From the NCBI GenBank assembly GCA_951406725.2, contig OX597822.1, positions 110,670,001 through 110,734,000 of the forward strand: a stretch of DNA of 64,000 nucleotides, read 5' to 3'. Of this stretch, positions 1-12,502 are shown piece after piece. Both the position numbers and the translations under genes were made by a program. How positions within the stretch are numbered: the first letter of the stretch is position 1; every line of letters starts with the position of its first letter. The notes under the pieces were generated by a model. The model was not told the origin of the DNA. It ran no database searches and was given only the letters and a program-made list of their open reading frames with translations. This DNA is from Octopus vulgaris (lineage: Eukaryota).

Positions 1-378
1 GTCGAAGAAGGGCCTGGGCGTAGATTATAGTGTCTGATCTGGATATTTGACATCGCAAGTGTATTGAGAGAAGTGATAGGGCAATGACCTATTATGTACG
101 GATTAAATCAGAACGCTTGCTGTGTCCATTCCTGTTAGCTACGGCTTCGCAGGTTCCACTGCAACTGTTTATGTCACGTCATACAGACGTTACGATGTAC
201 GCAGAGTACTGAACAGTTATTATGAATTACGATGTTGGCATTTTGACACCTGACAAAAATCGTCACGACCAAGGTAAATCTTTTCCAATATACCGAGGGC
301 TCACATTCCCTCATGTCGGCTAACATTTCTCATTTATTCAAGATGATATGGTTCATTCACTGTTTGTTAATTCAGGCG

Positions 379-532
379 CTAAACATTTTCAGTAACGCCA
401 TCAACGTTTTGTATTGTAAGTTCTACCATTTTCAGTGCTATCGAAAATAATTTGGTGTTTATAAACGGACCTTCTGGAAAGCCCATCTTTCTGTAGTTCT
501 GTTTAAATACATCATTATCAAAGCTATCAAAA
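379..532 (-). CDS. Candidate terminal coding exon of an unidentified minus-strand host gene (FDSFDNDVFKQNYRKMGFPEGPFINTKLFSIALKMVELTIQNVDGVTENV*)
   Basis: Non-repetitive open frame; plausible acceptor (ttgttgtatacatctcAG, AG at 534-533); TAG stop at 381-379; AATAAA on minus at 338-333. No family recognised and no upstream exon identified. Confidence 0.35.
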
Positions 533-1092
533 CTGAGATGTATACAACAAACACTTAGTAATGTCATGAAAAGAGACAAAAATATATCGTATTAAACGAG
601 AGCTATTAATAGTCCAAATACTTGGCTATAAAGAAACAAAGACTTAAATAATTGGGGCAAATTGTTTGGTAGAAAATACTGTATTGTAATTTAATATTGG
701 TTTGATCTTGTTTTCCTCTATGTTATTCAACCGTTTTATTATTATTATTATTATTTTGCTCAAACTCATTAAAACGCAATTAGCTGGAAATAACATTTAT
801 ATGGTTTTCATACACACACATATGTAATGATAATAACTACGACACCATTATAGACACTAAGTTACTAAAGCGAAATGCAGACACGAAAAAAATTTATTTT
901 GAAATCCACAAACGCTTTTCTAGTTGATGTCAAAATTCATTTGAAATAAACAAGTAAAAAATAAATACAACACTTCGAAATTTTTCTATTCATTTGAGTA
1001 ATTTTCACAACTTAATTACATAAATTTATTTTACAATGTTTAATCCAATCATTGATTTATTTTTTTATATTACTCTACAATATAAATTATTT

Positions 1093-1149
1093 ACACACAC
1101 ATAAGTATACATACATACATACACACATACATACACACACACACATATG

Positions 1150-1189
<40 letters not shown>

Positions 1190-1291
1190 ATACATACATG
1201 AAGCATATTGTCTATATGTATGTGCGTGTATATACATACATACACACATACATGCATACATACACACACACATACACACACACACACACAT

Positions 1292-1356
<65 letters not shown>
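1093..1356. repeat. Compound (CA)n/(TA)n microsatellite; representative of many similar tracts (e.g. 4713-4827, 5742-5860, 6090-6400, 9071-9394, 23845-24380, 38330-38630, 41150-41710, 46087-46121, 47360-47434, 58363-58417)
   Basis: Directly visible dinucleotide runs. Confidence 0.98.
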
Positions 1357-1360
<4 letters not shown>

Positions 1361-1523
1361 TTAGATAGAATTATGATAACTCAAGTAAACGCACAAGGAA
1401 CTGGTTAAGTTTGATGTTAAATAGAATATTGTATTCAAAATATATTAGGGACTACTTTAGTTAATACAATGGCGAGAAATAATTATCGATTAATATGTTT
1501 TACATCATCTCAGTGTAATACTA

Positions 1524-1552
1524 ATAATAATGATGATGATGATGATGCTGAT

Positions 1553-1633
<81 letters not shown>
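1524..1633. repeat. (GAT)n/(AAT)n microsatellite abutting the R4/Dong element
   Basis: Visible trinucleotide runs. Confidence 0.97.
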
Positions 1634-3300
1634 CAGGAGAAGTATCTTCCAAGGGGACTGCCTACCCCTACTGATCTTTCTACTGTGCGTGATGCCATTA
1701 ACTCCGATTCTGAGGAAAGCAAAAGCTGGGTATGTATTCAAGAGCTCTCAACAAAAAGTCAACCACTTGTTATTTATGGATGACCTCAAACGTTGTTGTA
1801 AAGATGAATCCCAAATCAGTTCCCTTATTGATACGGTGTATACTTTAAGTGCAATGTCAGAATGGAGTTTGGACTTAAAAAGTGTTGAGTGTTAGTCTTG
1901 AAGAGAGGCAATATCAAATGTATGGACGGACTAGCGATACCGTCAGGGGAGGGTATGAAGCAGATAAAAGAGACGGGCTATAAGTACTTGGTGATAATGG
2001 AAATGGATAAATTGATGGAGAAAGAAACCACAGAAAAATTTAAGGTGGAGTACTTGTGCAGATTGAGACTGATCCTTAAGTCGAAATTAAACGGACGGAA
2101 TGAGATTAAAGCTATCAACACCTGGGCGGTTTCACTCCTTAGATATGGAACAGGAGTAATCGAATGAGCGGTAGACAATCTAAACAGCTGAGACAGAAAG
2201 ACAAGGAAGTTTCTGACTAGATATGGGATACTCAACCCCAAAAGTGACACAGACAGTGTGTATGTACCAAGAAAAAGAGTGGGGAGAGGACTGATTGGAT
2301 GCGAACACTGCATTAGAGCAGAAGAAAATAACGTAGTATACTATGTAAAAATACCACAGAACCGCTACTATTGGAAGTAAGAAGGTCAGCTTCGTGTAGG
2401 ATGGAGGATTGCAAAGATAAAACACTGTACAAGCACTTGCGAATGAATGAAACTGAAAATAGGTAAAGGAAGGAATGCACGAACAATTCCATAGGGATGT
2501 TGAAGTTAAGACAAACAGAGAAGAAAGATGGCTGCGGATAACTAAAAGTGATTTAAAACTAGAAACTGAGGCTCTGATCTGTGCTGCCTATTAGAAAGCA
2601 TTAAGAACAAATTATATCAAATACAGAATAGACGACACAGTAGAAAGTGATAAGTGCAGAATCTTTGAACAAAATGGTGAAACCGTATGGCATATTAGAA
2701 GCCAATGTACTCCCAGAAAGAATATAAGAGACGTCATGACAACTTGGCAATGATTGTCTACTGGACTCTTAGCAACATGTATGGACTTGACAGAGCAAAA
2801 GATTGGTACAAACATAAACCCGAAAACATAATTGAAATTGATGATGCAAAGATCCTATGGGATTTTAACATTCAGTGCAACCATGAGCTAGAGAATAGGA
2901 AGCCAGGCATAGTGCTAATTGAGAAAGAAAGCAAGTGATGCTGGATCATAGATATAGCATGCCCAGCTGACAACAAGGTAAGCAGTAAGGAAGAAAGAAA
3001 AGTATATAGATATGACAGGTTAGCGTGGGAGTTTAAGCAGTTGTGGTTACTGAAATAGGTCGTAGTAGTACCAATAATTGTTGGAGCCCTGAGAATAGTG
3101 AGTAAACATCTTGAGAAGTACATGGAACAAATAGGGGCTGCAATAAGAATGTAGCACTTGCAGAAAACAACACTGCTTGAAACCGCTTGAATACTGCGAT
3201 GGTGCTCGAAAAATAAGTTGTGTTACCTTAGTTCACCGGTAGTGAACAGCTGACACCGTAGCACATCTCCAGCATTGAAGCTGTGCAAACAAAATAGAAT
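1634..3300 (+). mobile_element. 5'-truncated, decayed R4/Dong-clade non-LTR retrotransposon (RT, zinc knuckle, restriction-like endonuclease)
   Basis: IFQGDCLPLLIF, HLLFMDDLK, YKYL, KAINTWAV, decayed CCHC knuckle (CRIFEQNGETVWHIRSQC), YKRRHD, RKPGIV...IIDIACP; many stops and frameshifts; flanked by (AAT)n, the known Dong target. Confidence 0.9.
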
Positions 3301-3315
3301 AAATAATAATAATTA

Positions 3316-3354
<39 letters not shown>

Positions 3355-3360
3355 AACTAC

Positions 3361-3403
<43 letters not shown>

Positions 3404-3404
<1 letters not shown>

Positions 3405-4085
3405 GCCACGAAGCTCAGGGCTAAAAGCAGAGAGTGAAGGTCTCATATTAGCTGCTCAAGACCAAAGCTTATTAACACGGAACTACCAAGCCAATGTTAT
3501 AAACATGGAGCTGACCCAAAATGACGATTCTGCAACGATGAGATTGAAACTATAGATCACCTAATCTCAGGGTTTAGAGTATTCGCACCTGTAGAATATA
3601 AAGCAAGGCATGACAGAGTCGGTCAGTATTTACACTGGATAATATGTCGGCATTATAAAAGCAAAACCGCTGACAAATGGTATAAACACCACCTGAACCT
3701 GTGACTGAGGGAGAAAATGTGTCGATTCTATGGGCCTTCCTCGTACATACCGACAAAACTATAAAAGCTAATAAACCGTATATTATTATAAAAGTCCAGG
3801 CAAAAAACATTGTTTATTAATTGACATGAGTATTCCTTGCGATCGCAATATAGCGGCGAAAGAATTTAACAAGATTAGTAAATATAAGGACTTGCTAATA
3901 GAAATTGAAAAAATGGGGCATCTCAAGGAGACTATTATACCAGTGATGGTAGGATCTCCAGTAATGATAAAAAGGTACTGAAACCTATTTGAAAATGATA
4001 CCAGGCTTACCATCCCTAGAGGAACTGCAAAAAATCGTGTTAAATGGAACGACTCATGTACTGAGAAGAGCATTGTCGCTGTGAA
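3404..4085 (+). mobile_element. 3' fragment of a second R4/Dong-type element (zinc knuckle and RLE), decayed
   Basis: GLILAAQDQSL, FCNDEIETIDHLISG, YKARHDRVGQYLHW, ANKP...LLIDMSIPCDRNI...KISKYKDL; starts immediately after a (CTA)n(GAT)n tract. Confidence 0.85.
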
Positions 4086-4242
4086 AACAACATCCATTCA
4101 TGAATTTAGTTATTTATTAATTTTTTTAAAATACATATTTTACCTGTGAATTTGCGCGTGTAATCTGGGAATGCATACTACTTACTTCTCGCTCGGAGAT
4201 TTAAGACTAATTGTTTTCCTCTTTACGAGATCAGTGTCGGTG

Positions 4243-4400
4243 TGTTGTGTTGTTTGTTCCTTCTCGAGCCATGCCTGACTCATAAGGGCCGGTTTACCGG
4301 TTTCCTGGCGGAAATGTTCCCCACTTGGACGGGACGCCGGTCCGCCGCAGGCGAGCTGCAAGAAGCAGGAGGAAAGAGTGAGAGAAAGTTGTGGCGAAAG
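4243..4400 (-). mobile_element. 3' part of tRNA-derived SINE (family C, same tail as 23546-23844)
   Basis: Aligns by eye with about 23550-23700. Confidence 0.75.
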
Positions 4401-4409
4401 AAGAGAGAT

Positions 4410-4708
4410 GACAAAAAGACAATTACCTTTGCAGGTTTTTATTTCCATGCTGGCCAGCTGATAAGATCGTTATTTAATTTAAATTAGCGATCTTGTCCTT
4501 ATATATGACCTCGTGTGTACCGTTGGCGATTTTCTTTCCTCTGTCTTCCCTTCTCGGGATCTTTCCTTCTCATATGTTTCCGACGAAGGGCTCCGTTCGA
4601 AACGTTAAATCATCCTTCTTCCCATCTTTCCTGAGCATCCAATAATACTATATTTGTTCCACGTCCTCGCGTTGTTGTGTTTTTTTTTGTGTTTTCCTGT
4701 TTTGATTA

Positions 4709-4712
<4 letters not shown>
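4410..4712 (+). mobile_element. Penelope-like pLTR remnant ending at a (TA)n tract
   Basis: Non-coding; contains a minimal hammerhead-like fold at 4576-4610; abuts (TA)n. Left boundary approximate. Confidence 0.55.
4576..4610 (+). ncRNA. Minimal type I hammerhead-like motif with variant core CCGACGA
   Basis: gttt CCGACGA A gggc tcc gttc GAAA C GTT aaat: stem I gttt/aaat, stem II gggc/gttc, loopless ACGT stem III, GUU site. Confidence 0.55.
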
Positions 4713-4771
<59 letters not shown>

Positions 4772-4777
4772 GCATAC

Positions 4778-4829
<52 letters not shown>

Positions 4830-5453
4830 TATATGATATGTAATGTAAAGGTGATTGCATATCGGACGCAACATTTTGTACAATCGGTGTTTTCAAATGG
4901 TTTTGTTGTGATGCACTTATATCATGCATATTTACACATCTGCATATATTATGTATGCATACTTGTCGATATGTGTAATTGTATGTATGTACTAGCTCGC
5001 GTATGTGCGACTATTTATACAACATATATTTATATATAGTAATATAGTGTATAAAGGTTGAGTGTTGATTCTTCCTTTAATTGGAGGTTTCCCAAAAAGA
5101 TTTCTAATGCTGATTCTTCAGAGTTTGCTGGGAGTTTACAGGCGTAAATTTGCAAAGATATGAAAGTAGTACTTGTATATAATGTATGAGGAATTTATGG
5201 AATTAAGTTTCATAAATTTTGTAAGGAATGGAGAAGACAAGTTGTTAAAATTTAGAAGCAGCTTAAATCGCGCCGACGATCGTTTTGTACAGAGATATAA
5301 TAAAATAAATTCGTGATTGAATTGAATTAAATAAATAAATATCACCGTACTTTTCAGTGCAGGAAGGAAAGAAACCATAACACAAGGATCTTAAACAGGA
5401 AAAAGAGCAGAAAAAATTGGATCTAGGAGAGTCATAGCGGTATCCGTGTGAGA

Positions 5454-5683
5454 GGCGGCGAGCTGGCAGAAACGTTAGCACGCCGGGAGAAATGCTTAGC
5501 GGTATTTCGTCTGCGTTACGTTGTGAGTTCAAATTCCGCCGGGGTCGACTTTGCCTTTCATCCTTTCGGGGTCGATAAATTAAGTACCAGTTATGCACTG
5601 GGGTCGATGTAATCGACTTAATACCTATGTCTGTCCTTGTTGGTCCCCTCTGTGTTTAGCCCCTTGTGGGCAATAAAGAAATA
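5454..5683 (+). mobile_element. tRNA-derived SINE family A, full length with 15-bp target site duplication
   Basis: A/B-box-like head (GAGCTGGCAGAA / GAGTTCAAATTCC); central GACTTTGCCTTTCATCCTTTCGGGGTCGATAAA..AGTACCAG resembling the MetaSINE core; TSD GGTATCCGTGTGAGA at 5439-5453 and 5684-5698. Confidence 0.92.
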
Positions 5684-6141
5684 GGTATCCGTGTGAGAAA
5701 GAGATGGGAGTCATGTTGGATAGTGAACCATAACTGTTGGAACACACACACACACAGACACACACACATACACACAGACACACACACAAACACACACACA
5801 GACACACAGACACACACACACCCATATACATATATATATGTATATATGTATACACACATATAAACATCTATATATCATACTTAATGTGTAAACTGTGTTG
5901 ATAGTTCGATAGTTCGTCAGTTATTTCAAATCCTTCGCTCTAAAGGAACCAAGTCTTTAATATTCAGGGAAAATTGTTAGGTAACCACTGTATCTTTATT
6001 AGAATCGATCTCACTTGCCTGGATCTTGTACTTCTTGGCAGTTTTAGTTCCATCTCATTAAAAAACATTTAAGCTGAATTACTTGTACAATATATGCATA
6101 CACACACATATATACATATACATATAAATATATATATATAC

Positions 6142-6186
<45 letters not shown>

Positions 6187-6198
6187 TACATACATATA

Positions 6199-6229
<31 letters not shown>

Positions 6230-6328
6230 CCACATTATACATATATATATATATCTCCATATATATACATTTATATTTGCATATATACATATATATACCC
6301 ATATATATACATATACATACACATATAG

Positions 6329-6390
<62 letters not shown>

Positions 6391-7923
6391 TGTACACACA
6401 TATATAGTTATTGACATCGAACTTGTTCTTTTTTTGCTCACCACATGGGACTGAAATCACTTAAAACTTCTAAGTTTATCTCAATTTCCATGATTTCTCC
6501 TTCGAGATAGTGAAACTATACCCGAGATTAAACATTCCTGTATTATATAAATCAAGTCTCAAAACAACAACAACAACAACACCAAAAACCACATCAAAAA
6601 GCAAAAAAACAATAATAACAACAACAACCAAGTTTCGTACGAAGCATCGATCACTTTACTATCTTTTGGTAAAATCAGAAAAACAGTTTTGCATTCAATC
6701 CTGTACTTATTTTATTGATCGGATTAAATACAGGAAAATTAAAATGGAAATATTGATTTCATACGCAAGATAGAGAAGAATAAAAATGAGACAGAAGCTG
6801 CTGACATCATTAATGACGTACTGGAGTTCTATTTTATCCTGTCGGCTTTGCTGTGCGTGTTTCGCCAAGAACACAACCTCTGTTAAGTGGTGCAAAGGCT
6901 ATGGGTGACTCTTACTCTGACTTGATATTAACTGGGACTACCAGCGATCAGAAGAACGTGTGGGCGGCTCACAGAATACTTTCCGGTCCTAAACATTTCA
7001 ACCTTCTTGCTTGCAAGGACACAACAACTGGATGAGTGTGTCCACATCGTATCATAGCGTTTCTAACCAGAGTAGTTAATCATATTGATTATATTTCTAA
7101 TTATACCTCTGATTTCTCGCATTTCCTATTTTCAAACACAGAAGTACACAAATATCCATGCACAAACATCCAATCACAGACACAAACACATACATAGACA
7201 TACAACTATATTCACATACAGCCTAGTGCATTTTCTTTAAAAATCACCCATACGGACGAGAACCACTTTTACAGGCTAAAAAAAATCGATTCAGTCAGGG
7301 CATATTTTTTACGAAATCATCCATATAGACGAGAACAAATTTTAAAGTATGTTGATTCAGTCATCAAAATATCCATGAAGCAAATGGGACACTGCTTTTG
7401 CAAATTTGGACATCAATATCTTTTGTCTCACAAATAGCACGGAATAAGTGTAAAAGGTACATTTGTTCTCCAAACAACTTTCACTAATCACCGATGACGA
7501 AGCCATCATCATGACACACACATTCATCTTGTCAAAAACAGCACGTAGGGTGAAAAAAAACCATTCTTACACTCCATGTGTCTATTTTATATAGCTGAAG
7601 TAATTGCATTTTTCAGACTATTCATAACTATACAGCAAGAGTCAAAAGAGGAATTTGCTTAGATAACTTAATTTCAATTTAAAACAAGTAACATAGAGAA
7701 TATTAACTCCAATTTCTAACCACCTAAAAACCATGCTTAAATTCTTTGACATAAGCATCATCAGTAACATTATCTAACTAAAGTATAGAATTCTTAGACG
7801 TCATTTTGAAGATTTCAATATATACTTTATAGAAAATACGAAAACCAAAAGCATCCATGTATACGAAAGCATCCATCAAACCATCTATCTATCTATCTAT
7901 CTATCTATCTATATATCTATCTA

Positions 7924-7974
<51 letters not shown>

Positions 7975-8431
7975 GTCTACCACACCTCATCTAATCATCA
8001 CTCAAAATCATTGAAAATTAACCTGTATACGTTTAGCTTCGCTTCAGAAAGCTGCTATGCTACCATCAGTGAAAATGCAAAAAAAAACTTATGCATTAAA
8101 AAGTTGCGGGTTTAAAGACACGATACACTATGAAGGAAATAAATCCTTGGCAGGAAACGTGGAAACAAAACGAAAGCGGATGCACAAGGTTGTGTCTATT
8201 TTATGCGACTAAGGATGAGGATGCATACTGGAGCATGAGTATGTATGTATGTATGTTTGTATATATATATATATATATATATAATCAAAGCAATTAAGAT
8301 TCAAGTAACTTCCAATGAATTTACTTGAATGTGGTACTTAACTTAGATGCACCAGAAAAACTATATGGTGTTATCCATACAGTAATGTGGGGTGATTATA
8401 AACAAGAAAGAAGCAACAAGAATGGATTGGT

Positions 8432-8522
8432 TTTTAGTACAATTGTTTCATACAAAGACAGGCTTTATTACAAGTTGCAAAAATTGCAGCAGAAAAAAGT
8501 GTCCCGTACTCATCAGCTAAAA
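8432..8522 (-). ncRNA. Type I hammerhead ribozyme (left palindrome arm)
   Basis: Reverse complement of 8951-9041; TCATCAG at 8510-8516. Confidence 0.8.
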
Positions 8523-8950
8523 TACATTTGAGTTCTCTAGACATCTTAGTGGGTGAGGTTATACTCATGAGATATTGGAGATAGTTCCATTAGAGGCAGA
8601 TATAGGTTGTAAACAGTTTTCCAAAGTTCCTTAATGATGATGCACAGTCTTATCACAGATTTTTAAAAAAACTTATTAGTTTCGAAGAGGAGATGAATCA
8701 ATCCATAGTGTAGATTTAAATTTCCAGAGATATGAAGAGGATGATGCACAGACTTATCACAGGTTTTTAAAGACTTATTTAAAGACTTCGAAACTAATAA
8801 GTTTTTTTAAAAATCTGTGATAAGACTGTGCATCATCATTAAGGAACTTTGGAAAACTGTTTACAACCTATATCTGCCTCTAATGGAACTATCTCCAATA
8901 TCTCATGAGTATAACCTCACCCACTAAGATGTCTAGAGAACTCAAATGTA

Positions 8951-9041
8951 TTTTAGCTGATGAGTACGGGACACTTTTATCTGCTGCAATTTTTGCAACT
9001 TGTAATAAAGCCTGTCTTTGTATGAAACAATTGTACTAAAA
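8951..9041 (+). ncRNA. Type I hammerhead ribozyme with extended stem II
   Basis: Stem I ttttag/ctaaaa; CTGATGA 8957-8963; stem II gtacgggaca/tgtctttgtat; GAAA 9024-9027; palindromic stem III ACAATTGT; GUA site 9033-9035. Confidence 0.82.
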
Positions 9042-9068
9042 AACAATCCATTCTTGTTGCTTCTTTCT

Positions 9069-9141
<73 letters not shown>

Positions 9142-9282
9142 ACACACGCACACACAGATATATACGGTAATAAAGATACTTGAGATGACAAAGGAAACGT
9201 AATTGTTTTTTCTTTATCATTTCTAATTTCATATAATTATATATTTATATATATATATAGTTCAGGAAAATTTATATATATA

Positions 9283-9349
<67 letters not shown>

Positions 9350-9359
9350 TATATATATA

Positions 9360-9394
<35 letters not shown>

Positions 9395-9528
9395 AGTTCA
9401 GGAAAATTTAGATTCAGATGAATATGGTACTTAAGTTAAAGGCACCAGAAGAATTTGGTATGGTATTATCCATATAAATCAAATGGGGTGATTATAATCA
9501 AAATAAGCAACAAGGATATGCTTGTTGC

Positions 9529-9535
<7 letters not shown>
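9395..9535. mobile_element. Short diverged sibling of the 8281 element ending in a 14-bp inverted repeat
   Basis: Aligns by eye with about 8300-8423 (ggtacttaa..gcaccagaa..ggggtgattata..agcaacaag); AAATAAGCAACAAG / CTTGTTGCTTATTT; flanked by (TA)n. Confidence 0.65.
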
Positions 9536-9560
<25 letters not shown>

Positions 9561-9793
9561 GGTTATCAGTAATAATAAAGGGTGAAATTAATTAATTAGG
9601 GATAATTATCAATTACACCAAGTAGATTTCGGCATGTAAAAGCCCCATTCGAGGAAAATTTAAGTACTACTAAGTAATTAAGGGTTTAGCAATGAATTGC
9701 CTCACCAACACACCGAATTTAGAACTTGACTGCTATTTCTAAATTCGGTGTGTTGGTGAGGCAATTCGTTGCTAAACCCTTAATTACTTAGTA
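9561..9793. mobile_element. (TA)n-flanked insertion with a 57-bp-arm palindrome, probably Penelope-like
   Basis: 9668-9724 vs 9737-9793 inverted with one mismatch; no canonical hammerhead core seen. Confidence 0.55.
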
Positions 9794-11660
9794 TATATAT
9801 ATATATATATATAGATACACGTATAGGCACATGCACATTTACCAATAAACATATACAGACATGTATACGAAAGCATCCATCAAACCATCTATCTATCTAT
9901 CTATCTATATATCTATCAATCAATCAATCACTATTATTGCACCAAGACTGTACTATTTTTTTCTGAGTCACCCTATGTGTCTATATGTGTACCCTGTGCC
10001 TCTTTTATGCGTCGATCAATATCATTATATAACTATATTTTTGTTGGTGTTTGGATGAATGTATTTATAATTATATTTGTGTTTGTAAATGCACGTATAT
10101 AGTTCTATGAACACATTCACAACTACGTATATACATAAATACGCGCAAACACGCTTTTATCCTTTTTTCTGTATGCCCATGTTTAAGTGTATGATTGACT
10201 ACGTTTATGTTTATATCCTCGTATATATAATCTTATATATGTGTATGCATGTAATTTTGGCTGCGTATCTGTATGCATGTAAATGTATTCAAATATATAC
10301 ATATATGTACGTATGAAATATACAAATAAATTGAATTTGCCCTTTAGTCATTTTCGTATAGTCTCCCTTGTCGGCCAAAAAATATTAGTTTTACCCTTAA
10401 GCATGTAAAGGAAACTTTTTTTCTATATAATTAGTTCTTAATGTCTTGAAATTGTCTTTTTTTTTTTAATCTCCAAGAATTGCTGTTATATTTTTTTTTA
10501 TATTTTTTCTACAACGAAGAGGGATGCTTCAATTAACTGCAACTGTGCTTCCTTATTATTAATGATGTTTAATGACACATTATTTCTGAAGCCCTCCCTT
10601 ACATCACAACACAATAAATCTTGATTAACCTGAAAATATTGACATAGATATCAGTTAAAACAAAGCCAGAAAAAAACCCAGATTACAAAAATTAAATTAA
10701 ACAAAGCAACGACTATATTGAATTATAGTTCAACTCTATGCTAAAATAATGCGTTGCCCGAGGTTTCAATTTTACTATGCTGTAGTAGATATCTGAAATA
10801 CGGTGAACAAACGATCAATTACGCCAGAAGCTCTGTAATAACGGACGTCGTTTTATAGAATGTTAATTGCAAGAACTGATATCAGGTGGAAGACGATAAG
10901 ATCACATAATACATGCAGCAGGTTGGGATATTTCGCGAGCCATAAAAAAGATTTTAAAGTAAATGATCAGGCAGATTGTTTACACCTGGATTTCTATATT
11001 AACAAACTCATAAACAAATACATTTTTGATATAATTACTGATTATATCAATAAAAATGTTGAAACAAAAGCTGTAGCATGTTAGATTAGTATCTTGAAAC
11101 GGTAATCAAACTACATGCTTGTTGCCATGTGTGTGTGTCTGTGTTTACCGTGCTGGTTTAATAACTTCCTTGGTATAATTTCGAAAGAAACTTATTAAAG
11201 GTCATACGTATGTTGTGAAACTTGTAACGTTATGTCTGGCCAAAGACGAAGTAATACCTGGCGTGAAAAGGGCTTCAATTCTTTCCTTAAAGGGTTTTAT
11301 GCACCATCCTTCCAGTGAATGTACCTGGTATTCTACTACTCTTTACTTGTTTCAGTCATTTGACTGTGGTCACGCTGGAGCACTGCCTATAGTCGAGCAA
11401 ATCGACCCCAGGACTTATTCTTTGTAATCCTAGTACTTATTCTATCTGTCTCTTTTGCCGAACCGCTAAGTTACGAGGACGTAAACACACTAGCATCGGT
11501 TGCCAAGCGAGGTTGGGGGTACAAACACAGACACACAAACATACACACACACTTGCATATATATATATAGGGAGAGTTTACAAAAAAAAACAAAAGACGA
11601 AGACAGGTGGTGTACAAAACAAACAGATTTATTAATATAACGCTCAGGAATTAAAAAAAT

Positions 11661-11696
11661 CTTTTACGTTTCGAGCCTACGCTCTTCTACAGAAAG
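11661..11696 (-). ncRNA. Minimal type I hammerhead-like motif with variant core CTGTAGA, inside a (TA)n-flanked insertion (about 11570-11752)
   Basis: Minus strand: cttt CTGTAGA A gagc gtag gctc GAAA C GTA aaag; perfect stems I and II. Confidence 0.6.
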
Positions 11697-11901
11697 GGAC
11701 ACAGAAAACACAGGCAGAGAAAAAAATGTGTGTAGTGGCTAACGATCTATCATATATATATATATATATATACATACATCACAATCAAGGAACGGCCATA
11801 ATAGGCCATTCACCCACTAGAAATAACAGCCAAAAGCTTCAACCGCAAAATAACATCAATTCCGTAAACCAGGAGAAAATTAAAAAAACATTTACCCTGT
11901 A

Positions 11902-12008
11902 ATTTCTTATACGATGCACCGTTTCGTCTACTGTTTAATGGTAAACTAACCTGATTAAATTAAATCAAGCCAATCTACCATAGGCCCTTAGATTCATCAG
12001 TAAGAAAT
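11902..12008 (-). ncRNA. Type I hammerhead ribozyme, unit 1
   Basis: Minus: atttctta CTGATGA atcta..[about 19-bp hairpin]..tagac GAAA cggtgcatc GTA taagaaat; 8-bp stem I; near-palindromic stem III; A-C mismatch at the base of stem II. Confidence 0.85.
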
Positions 12009-12395
12009 AGCCAAGTCGGAACAGATATTTTTCACGAGGCATTCCCGTCCCTGCCTCGGCAATATCTGACCTAAAATTTTCAAATCGTCGCACTCGCGCC
12101 AAATTTATCGGCAGCAAATAAATATAAGCCGCCGATTCCATTACGGAATTAACCAGAAAATTCATAATTAATCAATATAGGGTGGCAAAAAAAAAATTTT
12201 GTAGAATTCTTTTGCCACCAGCGGCCTAGTGGGAAAAAATTAAATAGTCATAAACCATTTTTAAGTTCAACATCACAATCAAGGAACGGCCATAATAGGC
12301 CATTCACCCACTAGAAATAACAGCCAAAAGCTTCAACCGCAAAATAACATCAATTCCGTAAACCAGGAGAAAATTACAAAAACATTTACCCTGTA

Positions 12396-12502
12396 ATTTC
12401 TTATACGATGCACCGTTTCGTCTACTGTTTAATGGTAAACTAACCTGATTAAATTAAATCAAGCCAATCTACCATAGGCCCTTAGATTCATCAGTAAGAA
12501 AT
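12396..12502 (-). ncRNA. Type I hammerhead ribozyme, unit 2
   Basis: Same sequence as 11902-12008, offset 494 bp. Confidence 0.85.

Larger units (their letters stand above)
8281..9071. mobile_element. Penelope-like non-autonomous insertion forming a palindrome with 286-bp arms between (TA)n tracts
   Basis: 8402-8687 is the reverse complement of 8786-9071 with about 2 mismatches; each arm carries a hammerhead. Confidence 0.8.

Noticed and set aside
1-532. Cys-loop or chemotactile receptor pseudogene (ANIVIHNNCSV, YTCDVKYPD..RPFF pieces on minus)
   Set aside because: The pieces lie in different frames with many stops, and no Cys-loop or WxPD motif is present.
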